A DNA stretch of 64,000 nt, from the NCBI GenBank assembly GCA_963705305.1, contig OY970067.1, positions 3,680,001-3,744,000 of the forward strand, written 5' to 3'. Shown piece by piece: positions 37,745 through 47,579 of this stretch (position 1 is the stretch's first letter; each line of letters begins with the position of its first letter). This DNA comes from an uncultured Methylomirabilota bacterium (GTDB lineage Bacteria; Methylomirabilota; Methylomirabilia; Methylomirabilales; 2-02-FULL-66-22). The notes beneath the pieces are model-generated. The model was not told the origin of the DNA, searched no databases, and worked only from the letters and a program-made list of their open reading frames with translations. A program made the position numbers and the translations under genes.

Positions 37745-37772
37745 GGATACCCAACGCTCGCGTTGGGTATCC
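37745..37772. repeat. 13-bp perfect inverted repeat in the larB/hisG divergent intergenic region
   Basis: GGATACCCAACGC-TC-GCGTTGGGTATCC. Confidence 0.8.
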
Positions 37773-37904
37773 GGGATGGCACGGCCGGAATGGGCAGAAT
37801 ACCGCAGGCCTGGATTCAGGCCGAACGAGGCTAACATGAAAGCCGCTCTGGGCCAACGGATTTTGCGCGTGCGCCGGCGGACGCGATCCGGGGTGAAATT
37901 CGGC

Positions 37905-37932
37905 TTGACAGGGATGGCGGCAATGATACGTT
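37905..37932 (+). promoter_or_regulatory. Putative sigma70 promoter of hisG
   Basis: TTGACA-16 nt-TACGTT with TG one base upstream of the -10. Confidence 0.45.
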
Positions 37933-37986
37933 CTGCTGGCTGCCGTTGGCCGCTCGGGAGGCTGTTGAGAAAGGAACGGGACGCGG

Positions 37987-38859
37987 ATGGAGCCATTGAA
38001 GCTGGGCCTGCCCAAGGGAAGTCTGCAGAAGTCCACCGTCGATCTGTTCGAGAAGGCCGGATACAGGATTCTCGTGCGGGATCGCTCCTACCTTCCGGTC
38101 ATCGACGACCCGGAGATCGAATGCCTGCTGTTTCGGGCGCAGGAAATCGCCCGCTATGTAGAGCGCGGGGTGCTGGACGCCGGGCTGACCGGGCAGGACT
38201 GGATCCTGGAGAGCGCGGCCGATATCGTCGAGGTGGAAGAGCTGGTCTACAGCAAGAGCACGACGAAGGCGTATCGCTGGGTGCTGGCCGTGCCGGAGGA
38301 CTCCCCCATCCGGACGGTGCGGGATCTCCAGGGCAAGCGGATTGCCACCGAATTGGTCGAGGCGACCAAGCGGTACCTTGAGGCCAAGGGGGTCACGGCC
38401 GAGGTGGAGTACTCGTGGGGCGCCACGGAGATCAAGGCGCCGCTCTTGGTGGACGCGATCGTCGAGGGGACCGAGACCGGCGCATCGCTCCGGGCCAACC
38501 GGCTGCGGACCATCGACACCGTGGCGGAATCCACGACTAAGCTCATCGCCAGCCATGCGGCCTGGGGGGATCCCCGGAAACGGGAAAAGATCGAGGTCCT
38601 GTCCATGCTGCTGCGGGGGGCGCTGGAGGCCGAGGCCAAGGTTGGGCTGAAAATGAACGTCCCCCGGGCGAAGCTGGAGCAGGTCTCGGGCCAGCTGCCC
38701 TCCCTCCACACGCCCACCATCTCCAATCAGGTCGATCCGGACTGGGTGGCGATCGAGGTGATCATCGACAAGGAAGTGTCGCGGGACCTGATTCCGAAGC
38801 TGAAGCGGGCGGGGGCGGAGGGGATCGTCGAGTATCCCTTGAACAAGCTGATCTATTAG
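37987..38859 (+). CDS. hisG: ATP phosphoribosyltransferase, long form
   Basis: [38 protein letters not shown]-terminal regulatory domain PTIS...GAEGI. Confidence 0.96.
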   Translation: MEPLKLGLPKGSLQKSTVDLFEKAGYRILVRDRSYLPVIDDPEIECLLFRAQEIARYVERGVLDAGLTGQDWILESAADIVEVEELVYSKSTTKAYRWVLAVPEDSPIRTVRDLQGKRIATELVEATKRYLEAKGVTAEVEYSWGATEIKAPLLVDAIVEGTETGASLRANRLRTIDTVAESTTKLIASHAAWGDPRKREKIEVLSMLLRGALEAEAKVGLKMNVPRAKLEQVSGQLPSLHTPTISNQVDPDWVAIEVIIDKEVSRDLIPKLKRAGAEGIVEYPLNKLIY

Positions 38860-39125
38860 CAGGCTGCTGAATAAGACCCATCTGCCGGGTACCCATCTGA
38901 TGGGTGCCCAACCTTCGGCTGGGTACCCGCCCACTCGGGCACTCGTTGCGGCGTACCGGAAGTACGCCTTGACCCGCCTGCGGCGGGTGCCCCGCCCCGG
39001 GTACCCATCCCGAGGGATGGGTGACGCCGCCTTGCCGTTCGGCAGGCTCACGGCCCCGAGCGACGTTGAGGGGCATCTGGGCCTTTTTGAGCAGCCTGGG
39101 TGGAAACGGGTTTTTCAGCAGCCTG
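38860..39125 (+). mobile_element. MITE-like repeat, copy 3 (carries palindromic cassettes)
   Basis: CAGGCTGCTGAATAAG starts right after the hisG TAG. Inner end CTTTTTGAGCAGCCTG (39098), outer end TTTTTCAGCAGCCTG (39125). Confidence 0.85.
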
Positions 39126-39243
39126 ATAGAGTGTGGAATCTTGGCGTCACGGCGGTTCAACAGCCGTCTCCGTCCACGGCCGAATGCCCTCCGGCCGCGC
39201 GACAGGCGGCGGCTCGACGGGAGCCTCCTGCGCGACGCGTGCA

Positions 39244-39621
39244 ATGATGCCATACGTCCTTCTCGCCAATGCGGTCCTGATCGTCCACCTGCTGTTCGTG
39301 CTGTTCGTGGTTTTCGGTGCCTTCCTGGTGCTCCGCTGGCCCCGGCTGGCGTGGATCCATGTGCCGGCGGGGCTATGGGGGGTGGCGATCGAGTATATCG
39401 GCTTCGTCTGCCCTCTGACGCCGCTGGAGGTGGCGCTCCGGCGGCGAGGAGGAGAAGCCGGCTATGCGGGCGGCTGCATCACGCACTACGTTTCAGTACT
39501 CCTCTATCCCGCAGGCCTGACGCGCGGCTGGCAGCTGGTGCTCGGCACGCTGGCCTTGGCATTCAATGTCTTCATCTACTGGCGCCTGCTGGCAGGGCGA
39601 AATCGCCGCCCCACCGGGTAG
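39244..39621 (+). CDS. DUF2784 family membrane protein
   Basis: VHLLFVLFVVFG, W.H.PA..WG, CPLT.LE, AGY.GG.I.HY...LLYP. Confidence 0.9.
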   Translation: MMPYVLLANAVLIVHLLFVLFVVFGAFLVLRWPRLAWIHVPAGLWGVAIEYIGFVCPLTPLEVALRRRGGEAGYAGGCITHYVSVLLYPAGLTRGWQLVLGTLALAFNVFIYWRLLAGRNRRPTG

Positions 39622-39684
39622 GGAGGGGGATGCCGAGGCCGGCGGGGAAGGCCGCGAGCCGGGACGGATGAGGCGGGGAGAGAG

Positions 39685-39831
39685 ATGGTCAAATCCATCC
39701 TGCTGCGGGATGGCGACGGGCGCTTCGTGATGGCCTGCGTCCTGGGCCATGCCCGGCTCGACTCGCGGGCGGTGCGCGCTGGCAGCGAGGTGCCCCTCGA
39801 GGATTCATTTCAAGACCTGGGCCCCGTCTGA
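39685..39831 (+). pseudogene. Fragment of a YbaK/ProXp-type aminoacyl-tRNA deacylase
   Basis: Manual translation MVKSILLRDGDGRFVMACVLGHARLDSRAVR..., matching the central K-S/T-L-h region. Both termini are missing. Confidence 0.5.
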
Positions 39832-39960
39832 ACATCGTGGGGACGTGGGCGGGGCCGGCGTGGGTTCAACGCCGATCCTGAACGGCCGCGTGAATACCGC
39901 GAACGCCGGCATCCAATCGCGCCGGAGGCGGAAATGAGGGGCGGGGGCAAGGGAAGTCTC

Positions 39961-40980
39961 ATGAGACCTGTGGCCATCGTGGATCCCCATCCGAGGACGC
40001 TGGAGCTGCTCTTCGACAAGAGCGACCTGAAGCGCTTGAAGTCCCTGGTGCGGCCGATCGTCTGGGAAGGAAGCCGCATGCCGGCGCAGCAGGTCGAGAA
40101 GCATTTGCCGGAGGCGGTCGTCATCATCGGCCAGACGGACCTGCCGCGCGAGCGGTTGCAGCGCGCCGGGAAGCTCAAGGCCGTCATCAATGTCGAGGGG
40201 AATTTCCAGCCCAACATCGACTACGCCACGTGCTTCGAGCGGGGGATCCACGTCCTGGGCACCGGGACCGCGTTCGGTCCGGCGGTGGCGGAGATGGCGC
40301 TGGGAATGGCCCTGTGTCTGGCCCGCGGGATCCCCGAGGCCGATCGTCTCTTTCGTGAGGGGCATGAAGTCTACGGACGGCTCTCAAACCAGGACTCCTT
40401 TCTGATGGTCGGCGCAGAGATCGGGTTCATCGGGTTCGGCAATCTCGGCCGCGCGCTGATCAGGCTGCTGGAGCCATTTCATTGTCGGATCCGCGTGTAC
40501 GATCCGTGGCTTCCGGACCGCCGGCTGGCCGAGTTCGGCATGACCCCGTCGTCATTGGAGGATCTCCTCGGCGTCTCGCGGATTGTGTTCGTCCTGGCGG
40601 GCGCCACCTCCGAAAACCAGGCAATGCTGGATCGGCGGAGACTGGATCTCATGCCGAAAGGGGCGTGCCTCGTGCTGGTCAGCCGGGCCTCTCTGGTGGA
40701 TTTCGAGGCCCTGACGGCAAAGCTGCGCACGCGAGAGATCCGGGCGGCCGTAGACGTATTCCCCGGCGAGCCCTGGCCTACGGACCATCCGATCCGTCGC
40801 TTGGACAGCGCCCTCCTCTCGGCCCATCGGGCCGGCAGCCTTCCGGCCACCTATCGGCTGATGGGGGAGATGCTGGTGGATGACCTGGCCCAAATCCTCA
40901 ACGGGCTCCCGCCGGTGCGGCTCCAGCGGGCGGAGCGCGAAACCGTGGCCCGCATGCGCAGCCAGCCGATCGCCAGGTGA
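39961..40980 (+). CDS. D-2-hydroxyacid dehydrogenase family protein
   Basis: AVAEMALG, GFIGFGNLG, YDP, SRA, AAVDVF..EP, SAHRAG. Confidence 0.92.
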   Translation: MRPVAIVDPHPRTLELLFDKSDLKRLKSLVRPIVWEGSRMPAQQVEKHLPEAVVIIGQTDLPRERLQRAGKLKAVINVEGNFQPNIDYATCFERGIHVLGTGTAFGPAVAEMALGMALCLARGIPEADRLFREGHEVYGRLSNQDSFLMVGAEIGFIGFGNLGRALIRLLEPFHCRIRVYDPWLPDRRLAEFGMTPSSLEDLLGVSRIVFVLAGATSENQAMLDRRRLDLMPKGACLVLVSRASLVDFEALTAKLRTREIRAAVDVFPGEPWPTDHPIRRLDSALLSAHRAGSLPATYRLMGEMLVDDLAQILNGLPPVRLQRAERETVARMRSQPIAR

Positions 40981-41178
40981 GCTCGCGCATCCCCCTCGGG
41001 GCGGGCGCAGGGATGGGTGCAAGGGAATGCGGGCGCCTCGCTCATGCGCGCGCAGGCTGGGGGATGCGTTGCCGAATTGGGCTGTGATCCGGTCGCCCGA
41101 GGCCGCGCTTTTGTGTTGACACTCATCCCGGCGCGGGTGTAAAGAGGCTCACCGGAATCAAGGGCGGGTGAGCCTCAT

Positions 41179-41970
41179 GTGGACGAGTCTTCCATGACCA
41201 GCGCCCGCGAAGTGCGCCAGCAAATCCGGGATGGACAGTGGCGACGGCCGACCGCCGGCCTGGCCCCCGGGTTCGTGCAGACCAACCTGGTGATCCTGCC
41301 GAAAGATTTGGCATACGATTTTCTTCTTTTCGCGCAGCGGAACCCCAAGGCTTGCCCGATCATTGAAGTCACCGACACGGGATCGCCCGAGCCGCGGCTG
41401 TCCGCGGCGGGCGCCGACCTCCGCATCGACGTCCCTCGCTACCGCATCTATCGCTGCGGAGCGCTGACGGAGGAGGTGACCGACCTCCGGAGCGTCTGGC
41501 GGGAAGACCTGGTCTCCTTCCTCCTGGGGTGCAGCTTCACGTTCGAGGCCGCCCTGCTCCGGGCCGGCATCCCGGTGCGCCACCTCGAGGAGGGACGGAA
41601 CGTCCCCATGTTCATCACCTCGATCTCCTGCATACCTGCCGGCCCCTTTCGGGGCCCACTGGTGGTGACGATGCGGCCCATCCCGTCCGCTCAGGTGCCG
41701 CGAGCGGTGCAGATCACCGGGCGCTACCCCAGCGTCCACGGGTCGCCGGTCCAGATCGGCGACCCCGCGGCGTTGGGGATCCGCGACCTGGGGAAGCCGG
41801 ACTTCGGCGATCCGGTGACAATCCGGGCGGGCGAGGTGCCCGTCTTCTGGGCGTGCGGCGTGACCCCGCAGGCCGTCGCTCTCCAGAGCAAGCCCCCGCT
41901 TTTGATATCCCATGCCCCCGGCCACATGTTCATCACCGACCTCCGCGACGAGGCGCTGGCCGCCGGCTGA
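41179..41970 (+). CDS. DUF1445/YcsI putative hydro-lyase (D-glutamate cyclase family)
   Basis: PTAGLAPG.VQ.NL, RNPK.CP, FLLGCSFTFE.AL, NVPM, VVTMRP, HG.PV, PVFWACGVTPQ, HAPGHM; start at 41179 or 41194. Confidence 0.92.
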   Translation: MDESSMTSAREVRQQIRDGQWRRPTAGLAPGFVQTNLVILPKDLAYDFLLFAQRNPKACPIIEVTDTGSPEPRLSAAGADLRIDVPRYRIYRCGALTEEVTDLRSVWREDLVSFLLGCSFTFEAALLRAGIPVRHLEEGRNVPMFITSISCIPAGPFRGPLVVTMRPIPSAQVPRAVQITGRYPSVHGSPVQIGDPAALGIRDLGKPDFGDPVTIRAGEVPVFWACGVTPQAVALQSKPPLLISHAPGHMFITDLRDEALAAG

Positions 41971-42054
41971 GGGGATGGAGCGGAGGGGGCGCCGGCCCGA
42001 GCGGGTCGCGGTGGTGTGGCGAGCTGGAGGAAGTCAGGGAAGGGAGGAAGGTCC

Positions 42055-43335
42055 ATGCAGATGCGAGGGTGCGGCAAATGGCTCGGGATGACGTGTCTCA
42101 CGGTGGCGGCTGTTCTGGCGCTGGCCGGCAGCCCGGCGGCCCAGACTAAGGAGGTGGTCATCGGCGCGTTGTACGCCATGACCGGTCCCACCGCCCAGAT
42201 CGGGATCGACGCGGTCAACGCCGTCAAGGTGGTGCAGGAAATCGTCAACACCCAGCATCCCCCCATCAACGTGCCGCTGGGCAAGGGAGGAGGCCTCCCC
42301 AATCTGGGCGGGGCCAAGATCCGGATCGTCGTTGCGGATCACCAGGGGAAGCCGGATCTGGGCCTGTCCGAGGCGGAGCGGCTGATCACCCAGGACAAGG
42401 TCAACGCCCTCTTCGGGGCCTACTTCTCCAGCGTGACCAACACGGCGAGCCAGGTGGCCGAGCGGATGGGGGTTCCCTTCCTTAATGCCGACTCCTCGTC
42501 GCCCGCCCTCACGGAGCGGGGGTTCAAGTGGTTCTTTCGGACGACCCCCCACGACGGCGACTTCAGCCGGGTGATGTTCGAGTTCATGCGCGACTTCGAG
42601 AAGAAGGGGGGAGTGAAGTTCAAGAGCGTGGCCATCCTGAACGAGGACACTCAGTTCGGCTCCGACAGCGCCAAGGTGCAGGAGGAGCTGGCAAAGAAGT
42701 TCGGCTACGAGGTCGCCGCCCGGGTCCCCTTCCGGACGGGAACGACCAGCCTGGACGCCGAGGTGGGGCGGCTGAAGGCGGCCAACGCCGACGTGCTCCT
42801 GCCCAGCCTGTATACGTCGGATGCCATCCTGCTCACCCGGACGATGCGGAACTTGGACTACAACCCGAAGCTGATCATCGCGCAGGACGCGGGGTACACC
42901 GATCCCAAGTTCGTCTCCGAGATGGGGAGGGATGCGGTGGGAGCCATCACCCGGGCGCCCTTTTCGCTGGACCTGATGGCCAGGAAGCCGCTGATCCCCG
43001 TGATCAACGACATGTTCAAGAAGCTGGGCGGCCGGGACCTCAGCGATGTATCGGCCCGGGCCTTCACGGGCTTCCTCACGCTGGTGGATGCCATCAATCG
43101 GGCGGGCTCGACTGAGCCAGCCGCCATCCAGAAGGCCCTGCAGCAAACCGACATTCCGCCCGACCAGCTCATCATGCCTTGGACCGGAGTGAAATTCGAC
43201 CAGAAGGGGCAGAACATCGACGCGCGGGCCATCCTGCAGCAGATGCAGGCGGGGGCCTACGTCACCGTCTACCCCTTCGAGCTGGCCACGAAGGACGTGA
43301 TCTACCCCATTCCGTCGTGGTCGCAGCGCAAGTAG
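42055..43335 (+). CDS. Liv-type (branched-chain amino acid family) ABC transporter substrate-binding protein
   Basis: Signal peptide, IGALY.MTG, DHQGKP, GAY.SSVT, LTERG.KWFFRTTP. Confidence 0.92.
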   Translation: MQMRGCGKWLGMTCLTVAAVLALAGSPAAQTKEVVIGALYAMTGPTAQIGIDAVNAVKVVQEIVNTQHPPINVPLGKGGGLPNLGGAKIRIVVADHQGKPDLGLSEAERLITQDKVNALFGAYFSSVTNTASQVAERMGVPFLNADSSSPALTERGFKWFFRTTPHDGDFSRVMFEFMRDFEKKGGVKFKSVAILNEDTQFGSDSAKVQEELAKKFGYEVAARVPFRTGTTSLDAEVGRLKAANADVLLPSLYTSDAILLTRTMRNLDYNPKLIIAQDAGYTDPKFVSEMGRDAVGAITRAPFSLDLMARKPLIPVINDMFKKLGGRDLSDVSARAFTGFLTLVDAINRAGSTEPAAIQKALQQTDIPPDQLIMPWTGVKFDQKGQNIDARAILQQMQAGAYVTVYPFELATKDVIYPIPSWSQRK

Positions 43336-43399
43336 CCAGCCGAGCCTGACGAGGGATCGGAAGGAGAGGGGCGGGGCTCGCCCGCCCCTTGCACGCTCG

Positions 43400-44278
43400 A
43401 TGTTTACCGTGCCGCCTCCGGATGTTCTGGCCCAGGGGATCCTGAATGGGATTCTCATGGGATTCGTCTACGCGCTCATCTCGGTTGGCCTGACCCTCAT
43501 CTTCGGACTCATGGAAATCGTGAACTTTGCGCATGGCGAGTTTCTCATGCTCAGCATGTACACGGCCTTCTGGGCCTGGACCCTCTTCGGCCTGGACCCT
43601 CTCCTCAGCGTGCCCCTGTGCGCCGCGGCGCTCTTCCTTCTCGGCTGGCTGACGTACGTGGGGATCATCCGGCGCGTCCTGGGCGGGCCCATGCTGGCCC
43701 AGATCTTCGCCACCTTCGGCCTGGGGATCTTCCTCCGCGCGGCGGCCCAATTCCTTTGGACCCCCGACTTCCGCCAGGTGGGCCGGGCGTGGGTGCAAGG
43801 GCCGGTGAAGATCCTGGGCATCTCTGTCGGCCTGCCGCAGGTGGTGGCCAGCGGGGCGTCACTCGTGGCGTTCGGCCTGCTGTACTGGTTCATCACCAGG
43901 ACGGAGACCGGCATGGCCCTGGAGGCCACGGCGGAAGACCGGCAGGCGGCGGCCCTCATGGGCATCAACACGGAGCGGATGTTTGCCCTGGGTTGGGGGA
44001 TCGGCTCCGCCTGCGTGGGGGTCGCGGGGGCCTTCCTGGCCAGCTTCTTCTATATCTTCCCCCAAGTCGGATTCCTCTTCGCCCTGATCGCCTACGTGAT
44101 CGTAGCTCTGGGCGGGTTTGGGAGCATCCCGGGTTCATTGGCGGCCGGACTGATCATCGGGCTGGTCGAGGTCTTGGGGGGGCTGTTCATCGCCCCGGCG
44201 TTCAAGTACGTGGCGGTGTACCTCATCTACCTGCTGATCGTCCTGGTGCGACCGCAGGGCCTCCTCGGAAAGTTCTGA
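43400..44278 (+). CDS. Liv-type ABC transporter permease (LivH-like)
   Basis: GLTLIFG...VNFAHGEF, AALMGIN, LGGFGSI, RPQGL. Confidence 0.92.
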   Translation: MFTVPPPDVLAQGILNGILMGFVYALISVGLTLIFGLMEIVNFAHGEFLMLSMYTAFWAWTLFGLDPLLSVPLCAAALFLLGWLTYVGIIRRVLGGPMLAQIFATFGLGIFLRAAAQFLWTPDFRQVGRAWVQGPVKILGISVGLPQVVASGASLVAFGLLYWFITRTETGMALEATAEDRQAAALMGINTERMFALGWGIGSACVGVAGAFLASFFYIFPQVGFLFALIAYVIVALGGFGSIPGSLAAGLIIGLVEVLGGLFIAPAFKYVAVYLIYLLIVLVRPQGLLGKF

Positions 44279-45306
44279 TGGCGACCCAGGAGCACCCCGA
44301 GGCCGTGAAGGGAGGGGCCGCCCGCAGGGCCCCGTCGGCTGCCGGCGCAAGCGCGGAGACGATCGTCTTCGTGCTCTTGCTTCTGGCCGCCCTGGCGTTT
44401 CCCGTCCTCTACCAGCTTCCCTATCCCCGGGACGTGGCGATCAAGGTCCTCCTGTACGCCATGCTGGCCCAGGCCTGGAACATCCTGGCGGGCTACTGCG
44501 GTCAGATCTCCCTGGGCCACGCCGTGTTTTTCGGCGCCGGCGCCTATACCTCCAGCATCCTCCAAACCACCCTCGGCTGGAACCCGTGGGTCGGCCTCCT
44601 GGCGGGGGCGGCCGTGGCCGTGGCGCTGTCGGTCCTCATCGGGTATCCGTGCTTTCGCCTGCGCGGGCACTACTTCGCCATCGCCACCATCGCCATCGGG
44701 GAGATCGTCCAGACATTGGCCATCAACTGGGACTTCATCGGCGGGGCGCGGGGCCTCTCCCTTCCCTTCCGGAAGGACTCCGTCCTGGGCTTCCAGTTCC
44801 AGACCAGCAAGTACCCCTACTACTACATCATCCTGGCCCTTTTCGCCCTCTGCATGCTGGTGAGCTGGCGGATCGAGCGGACCCGGCTCGGGTACTACTT
44901 CCGGGCGATCCGCGACGATCCCGAGGCGGCGCAGAGCGTCGGGATTTCCATCCGGCGGTACAAGCTCATCGCCATGGCCATCTCCGCGGCGTTCGTGGCG
45001 GCGGGCGGGAGCTTCTACGCGCAGTATGTCCTCTACCTCGATCCCGACAGCGTCTTCCCCCTCTCCTTGTCCATCCTCATCTGCGTCCTGGCGGTGGTGG
45101 GGGGCACGGGGACGCTGTGGGGCCCCCTGGTGGGTGCCGCCATCATGATCCCGCTGTCGGAATTCACGCGCATCCAGTTCGGCGGGACGGGCGGAGCGGT
45201 GGACCTCCTCATCTACGGCGGCCTGCTCACGTCCGTGGCGGTCTTCCAGCCCGCGGGGCTGGTGGGCCTCCTGCGGCGCTGGTGGAGACGCGGATGGCGC
45301 TCCTGA
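44278..45306 (+). CDS. Liv-type ABC transporter permease (LivM-like)
   Basis: WNILAGY.GQISLGH, LRGHYFAIAT, AIRDD..AA.SVGI, GG.GTL.GP; TGATG overlap with the preceding gene. Confidence 0.92.
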   Translation: MATQEHPEAVKGGAARRAPSAAGASAETIVFVLLLLAALAFPVLYQLPYPRDVAIKVLLYAMLAQAWNILAGYCGQISLGHAVFFGAGAYTSSILQTTLGWNPWVGLLAGAAVAVALSVLIGYPCFRLRGHYFAIATIAIGEIVQTLAINWDFIGGARGLSLPFRKDSVLGFQFQTSKYPYYYIILALFALCMLVSWRIERTRLGYYFRAIRDDPEAAQSVGISIRRYKLIAMAISAAFVAAGGSFYAQYVLYLDPDSVFPLSLSILICVLAVVGGTGTLWGPLVGAAIMIPLSEFTRIQFGGTGGAVDLLIYGGLLTSVAVFQPAGLVGLLRRWWRRGWRS

Positions 45307-46067
45307 CCCTCGAAGGCGTCACCAAGCGATTCGGCGGACTGGTGGCCAACAACCGGGTCAGCTTCGAGGTCCGCGAAGGAGAGATTCTGGGGCTCATCGG
45401 GCCCAACGGCGCCGGCAAGAGCACGCTCTTCGAGGTGGTCACGGGCTACTACCGGCCCGAGGCGGGGGAGATCCGCTTCGGCGGCCAGCGGATCGTGGGG
45501 CGGCGCCCGGACCAGATCAACCGGCTGGGCATCGCGCGCACCTTCCAGAAGCTCCGCCCGTTCCACGCCATGACGCTGGCCGAGAACGTCATGGTGGCCG
45601 CCATGCAGCACCTGCCCGATCCGGCCGCCGCGCGGCGGGAGGCGCTCAGGTATCTGGCCTTCGTCGAGCTGGCGGACAAGGCCGACAGCTTTGCCAACAC
45701 CCTCAGCACCGGGGAGCGCAAGCGGCTGGAGATGGCGCGGGCCATGGCAACCCGCCCGCGACTCCTGCTGCTGGACGAGATCACGGGGGGTGTGGATCAT
45801 CGCACCATTCCCACCCTGGTGCAGCTCATCGGGCGGCTCAGGGGCGAGGGGCTGACCCTGGTGGTGATCGAGCACAACATGCGGGTCATCATGTCCATCT
45901 CCGACCGGATCGTGGCTCTGCGGCTGGGCGAGGTGATCGCCGACGGACCCCCCGCCGAGGTGGGGAGGAACCCGCGCGTGATCGAGGCGTATCTCGGAGA
46001 GGCGTTCGTCCTGCCAGCGGGACAGGGCCGGCAGGCTCCTCCACCGGGCCGGCCGGAGCGGGCGTAG
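45294..46067 (+). CDS. Liv-type ABC transporter ATPase (LivG-like)
   Basis: KRFGGL.A, GPNGAGKS, GIARTFQ, LLLLDE, IEHNM, VIEAYLG. Confidence 0.92.
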   Translation: MALLTLEGVTKRFGGLVANNRVSFEVREGEILGLIGPNGAGKSTLFEVVTGYYRPEAGEIRFGGQRIVGRRPDQINRLGIARTFQKLRPFHAMTLAENVMVAAMQHLPDPAAARREALRYLAFVELADKADSFANTLSTGERKRLEMARAMATRPRLLLLDEITGGVDHRTIPTLVQLIGRLRGEGLTLVVIEHNMRVIMSISDRIVALRLGEVIADGPPAEVGRNPRVIEAYLGEAFVLPAGQGRQAPPPGRPERA

Positions 46068-46068
46068 C

Positions 46069-46773
46069 GTGTTAGAGATCCAGGATCTCCAGGTCCGCTA
46101 CGGGGACTTCCAGGCCCTCTGGGGCGTATCCCTCGAGGTCCACGAGGGCGAGATCGTGTGTCTCCTGGGACCCAACGGGGCCGGCAAGAGCACGCTGGTG
46201 AGCGCGATCTCGGGCCTCGTCAAGCCGCTGGCGGGGCAGCTCCGGTTCTGCGGGGAGCGGATCGACGGTCTCCCCACCCACCAGATTGTCACGCGGGGCA
46301 TCTCCCACGTCCTCGAGCAGCGGCGCGTCTTCCCTTACCTCACGGTCGAGAAGAACCTGATCCTGGGCAGCTTCCAGGAGCGGGCCCGCGCGCATCGCGA
46401 GGAGACGCTCGGCTGGGTCTTCAGCCTGTTTCCCATCTTGGCGGAGCGGCGCCACCAGATGGGCTACAGCCTGAGCGGGGGCGAGCAGCAGATGCTGGCC
46501 ATCGGGCGGGGCCTGATGTCGCGGCCGAGGTTTCTCATGGTGGACGAGCCGCTCCTGGGTCTGGCACCCCTGGTGGTCGCCGCCATCATGGAGATCATCC
46601 GCAAGATCAACGCGGCGGGCGTGACGGTGCTCTTCATCGATCAGAACGTCCAGCTCGCCCTGAGCGTCTCGCATCGCGGGTATCTGCTGGAAAGCGGTCG
46701 GATGGTGATCTCGGGCACCGCCGGGGAGCTCCTGCAATCGGATCTGGTGCGGAAGGTGTATCTGGGGATATGA
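46069..46773 (+). CDS. Liv-type ABC transporter ATPase (LivF-like)
   Basis: GPNGAGKS, LSGGEQQMLAIGR.LM, DEP.LGLAP, VRK.YLG. Confidence 0.92.
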   Translation: MLEIQDLQVRYGDFQALWGVSLEVHEGEIVCLLGPNGAGKSTLVSAISGLVKPLAGQLRFCGERIDGLPTHQIVTRGISHVLEQRRVFPYLTVEKNLILGSFQERARAHREETLGWVFSLFPILAERRHQMGYSLSGGEQQMLAIGRGLMSRPRFLMVDEPLLGLAPLVVAAIMEIIRKINAAGVTVLFIDQNVQLALSVSHRGYLLESGRMVISGTAGELLQSDLVRKVYLGI

Positions 46774-46805
46774 GGGGTGGTGACCGCCATCCCGTGGAGG
46801 CACGC

Positions 46806-47573
46806 ATGCAGATCGACCTGAACTCGGACATGGGGGAGTCGTTCGGGGCCTACACCATCGGCGCGGATGAGGAGGTCTTGCGCTGGGTGACTTCCGCCAA
46901 CGTGGCCTGCGGCTGGCACGGGGGAGACCCGCGGGTCATGCGCCAGACGGTGGAGCGGGCCAAGGCGCTGGGGGTAGCGGTCGGGGCCCACCCCAGCTAC
47001 CCGGACCTGCTGGGGTTCGGGCGCCGGGTGATGCAGATCACGCGGGGGGAGGCACGGGACTACGTCCTCTACCAGATCGGCGCCCTGCGGGCGTTTGCCG
47101 AAGCGCTGGGAGTCCGGCTGCAGCACGTGAAGCCGCATGGCGCTATCTACAACGCCGCCGCCGGGGACCGCGAGCTGAGCCTGGGCATCGCCGAGGGGAT
47201 CGCCGATGCCGGGGGCGAGCTCATCCTGGTGGGACTGCCCGGGTCGGAGCTGGTGCGGGCCGGGCAGGCTCTGGGCCTCCGGGTGGCCCGCGAGGCCTTC
47301 GGCGACCGAGCCTACAACGAGGACGGCAGCCTGGTATCCCGCCGGCTGGCCGGCTCGTTGATCACGGATCCGGCAGCGGTGGCCGATCGGGTGCTCGAGA
47401 TGGTGCGGGGAGGCGTGACCGCGATCACCGGAGCACGAATCCCGGTCGAGGCGGATACGATCTGCCTGCACGGAGATACGCCGGGGGCGGGCGCCATCGC
47501 CCGGCGCGTGCGCGAGCATCTGGAGGCCGCCGGCATCCGCCTCCGCCCTCTGGGGGAGTTTCTGGGACGATAG
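46806..47573 (+). CDS. pxpA: 5-oxoprolinase subunit A (LamB/YcsF)
   Basis: IDLNSDMGESFG, SANVACG.H.GD, GAHP.YPD..GFGRR, HVKPHGA.YN, DRAY, TIC.HGD. Confidence 0.95.
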   Translation: MQIDLNSDMGESFGAYTIGADEEVLRWVTSANVACGWHGGDPRVMRQTVERAKALGVAVGAHPSYPDLLGFGRRVMQITRGEARDYVLYQIGALRAFAEALGVRLQHVKPHGAIYNAAAGDRELSLGIAEGIADAGGELILVGLPGSELVRAGQALGLRVAREAFGDRAYNEDGSLVSRRLAGSLITDPAAVADRVLEMVRGGVTAITGARIPVEADTICLHGDTPGAGAIARRVREHLEAAGIRLRPLGEFLGR

Positions 47574-47579
47574 GATTGG

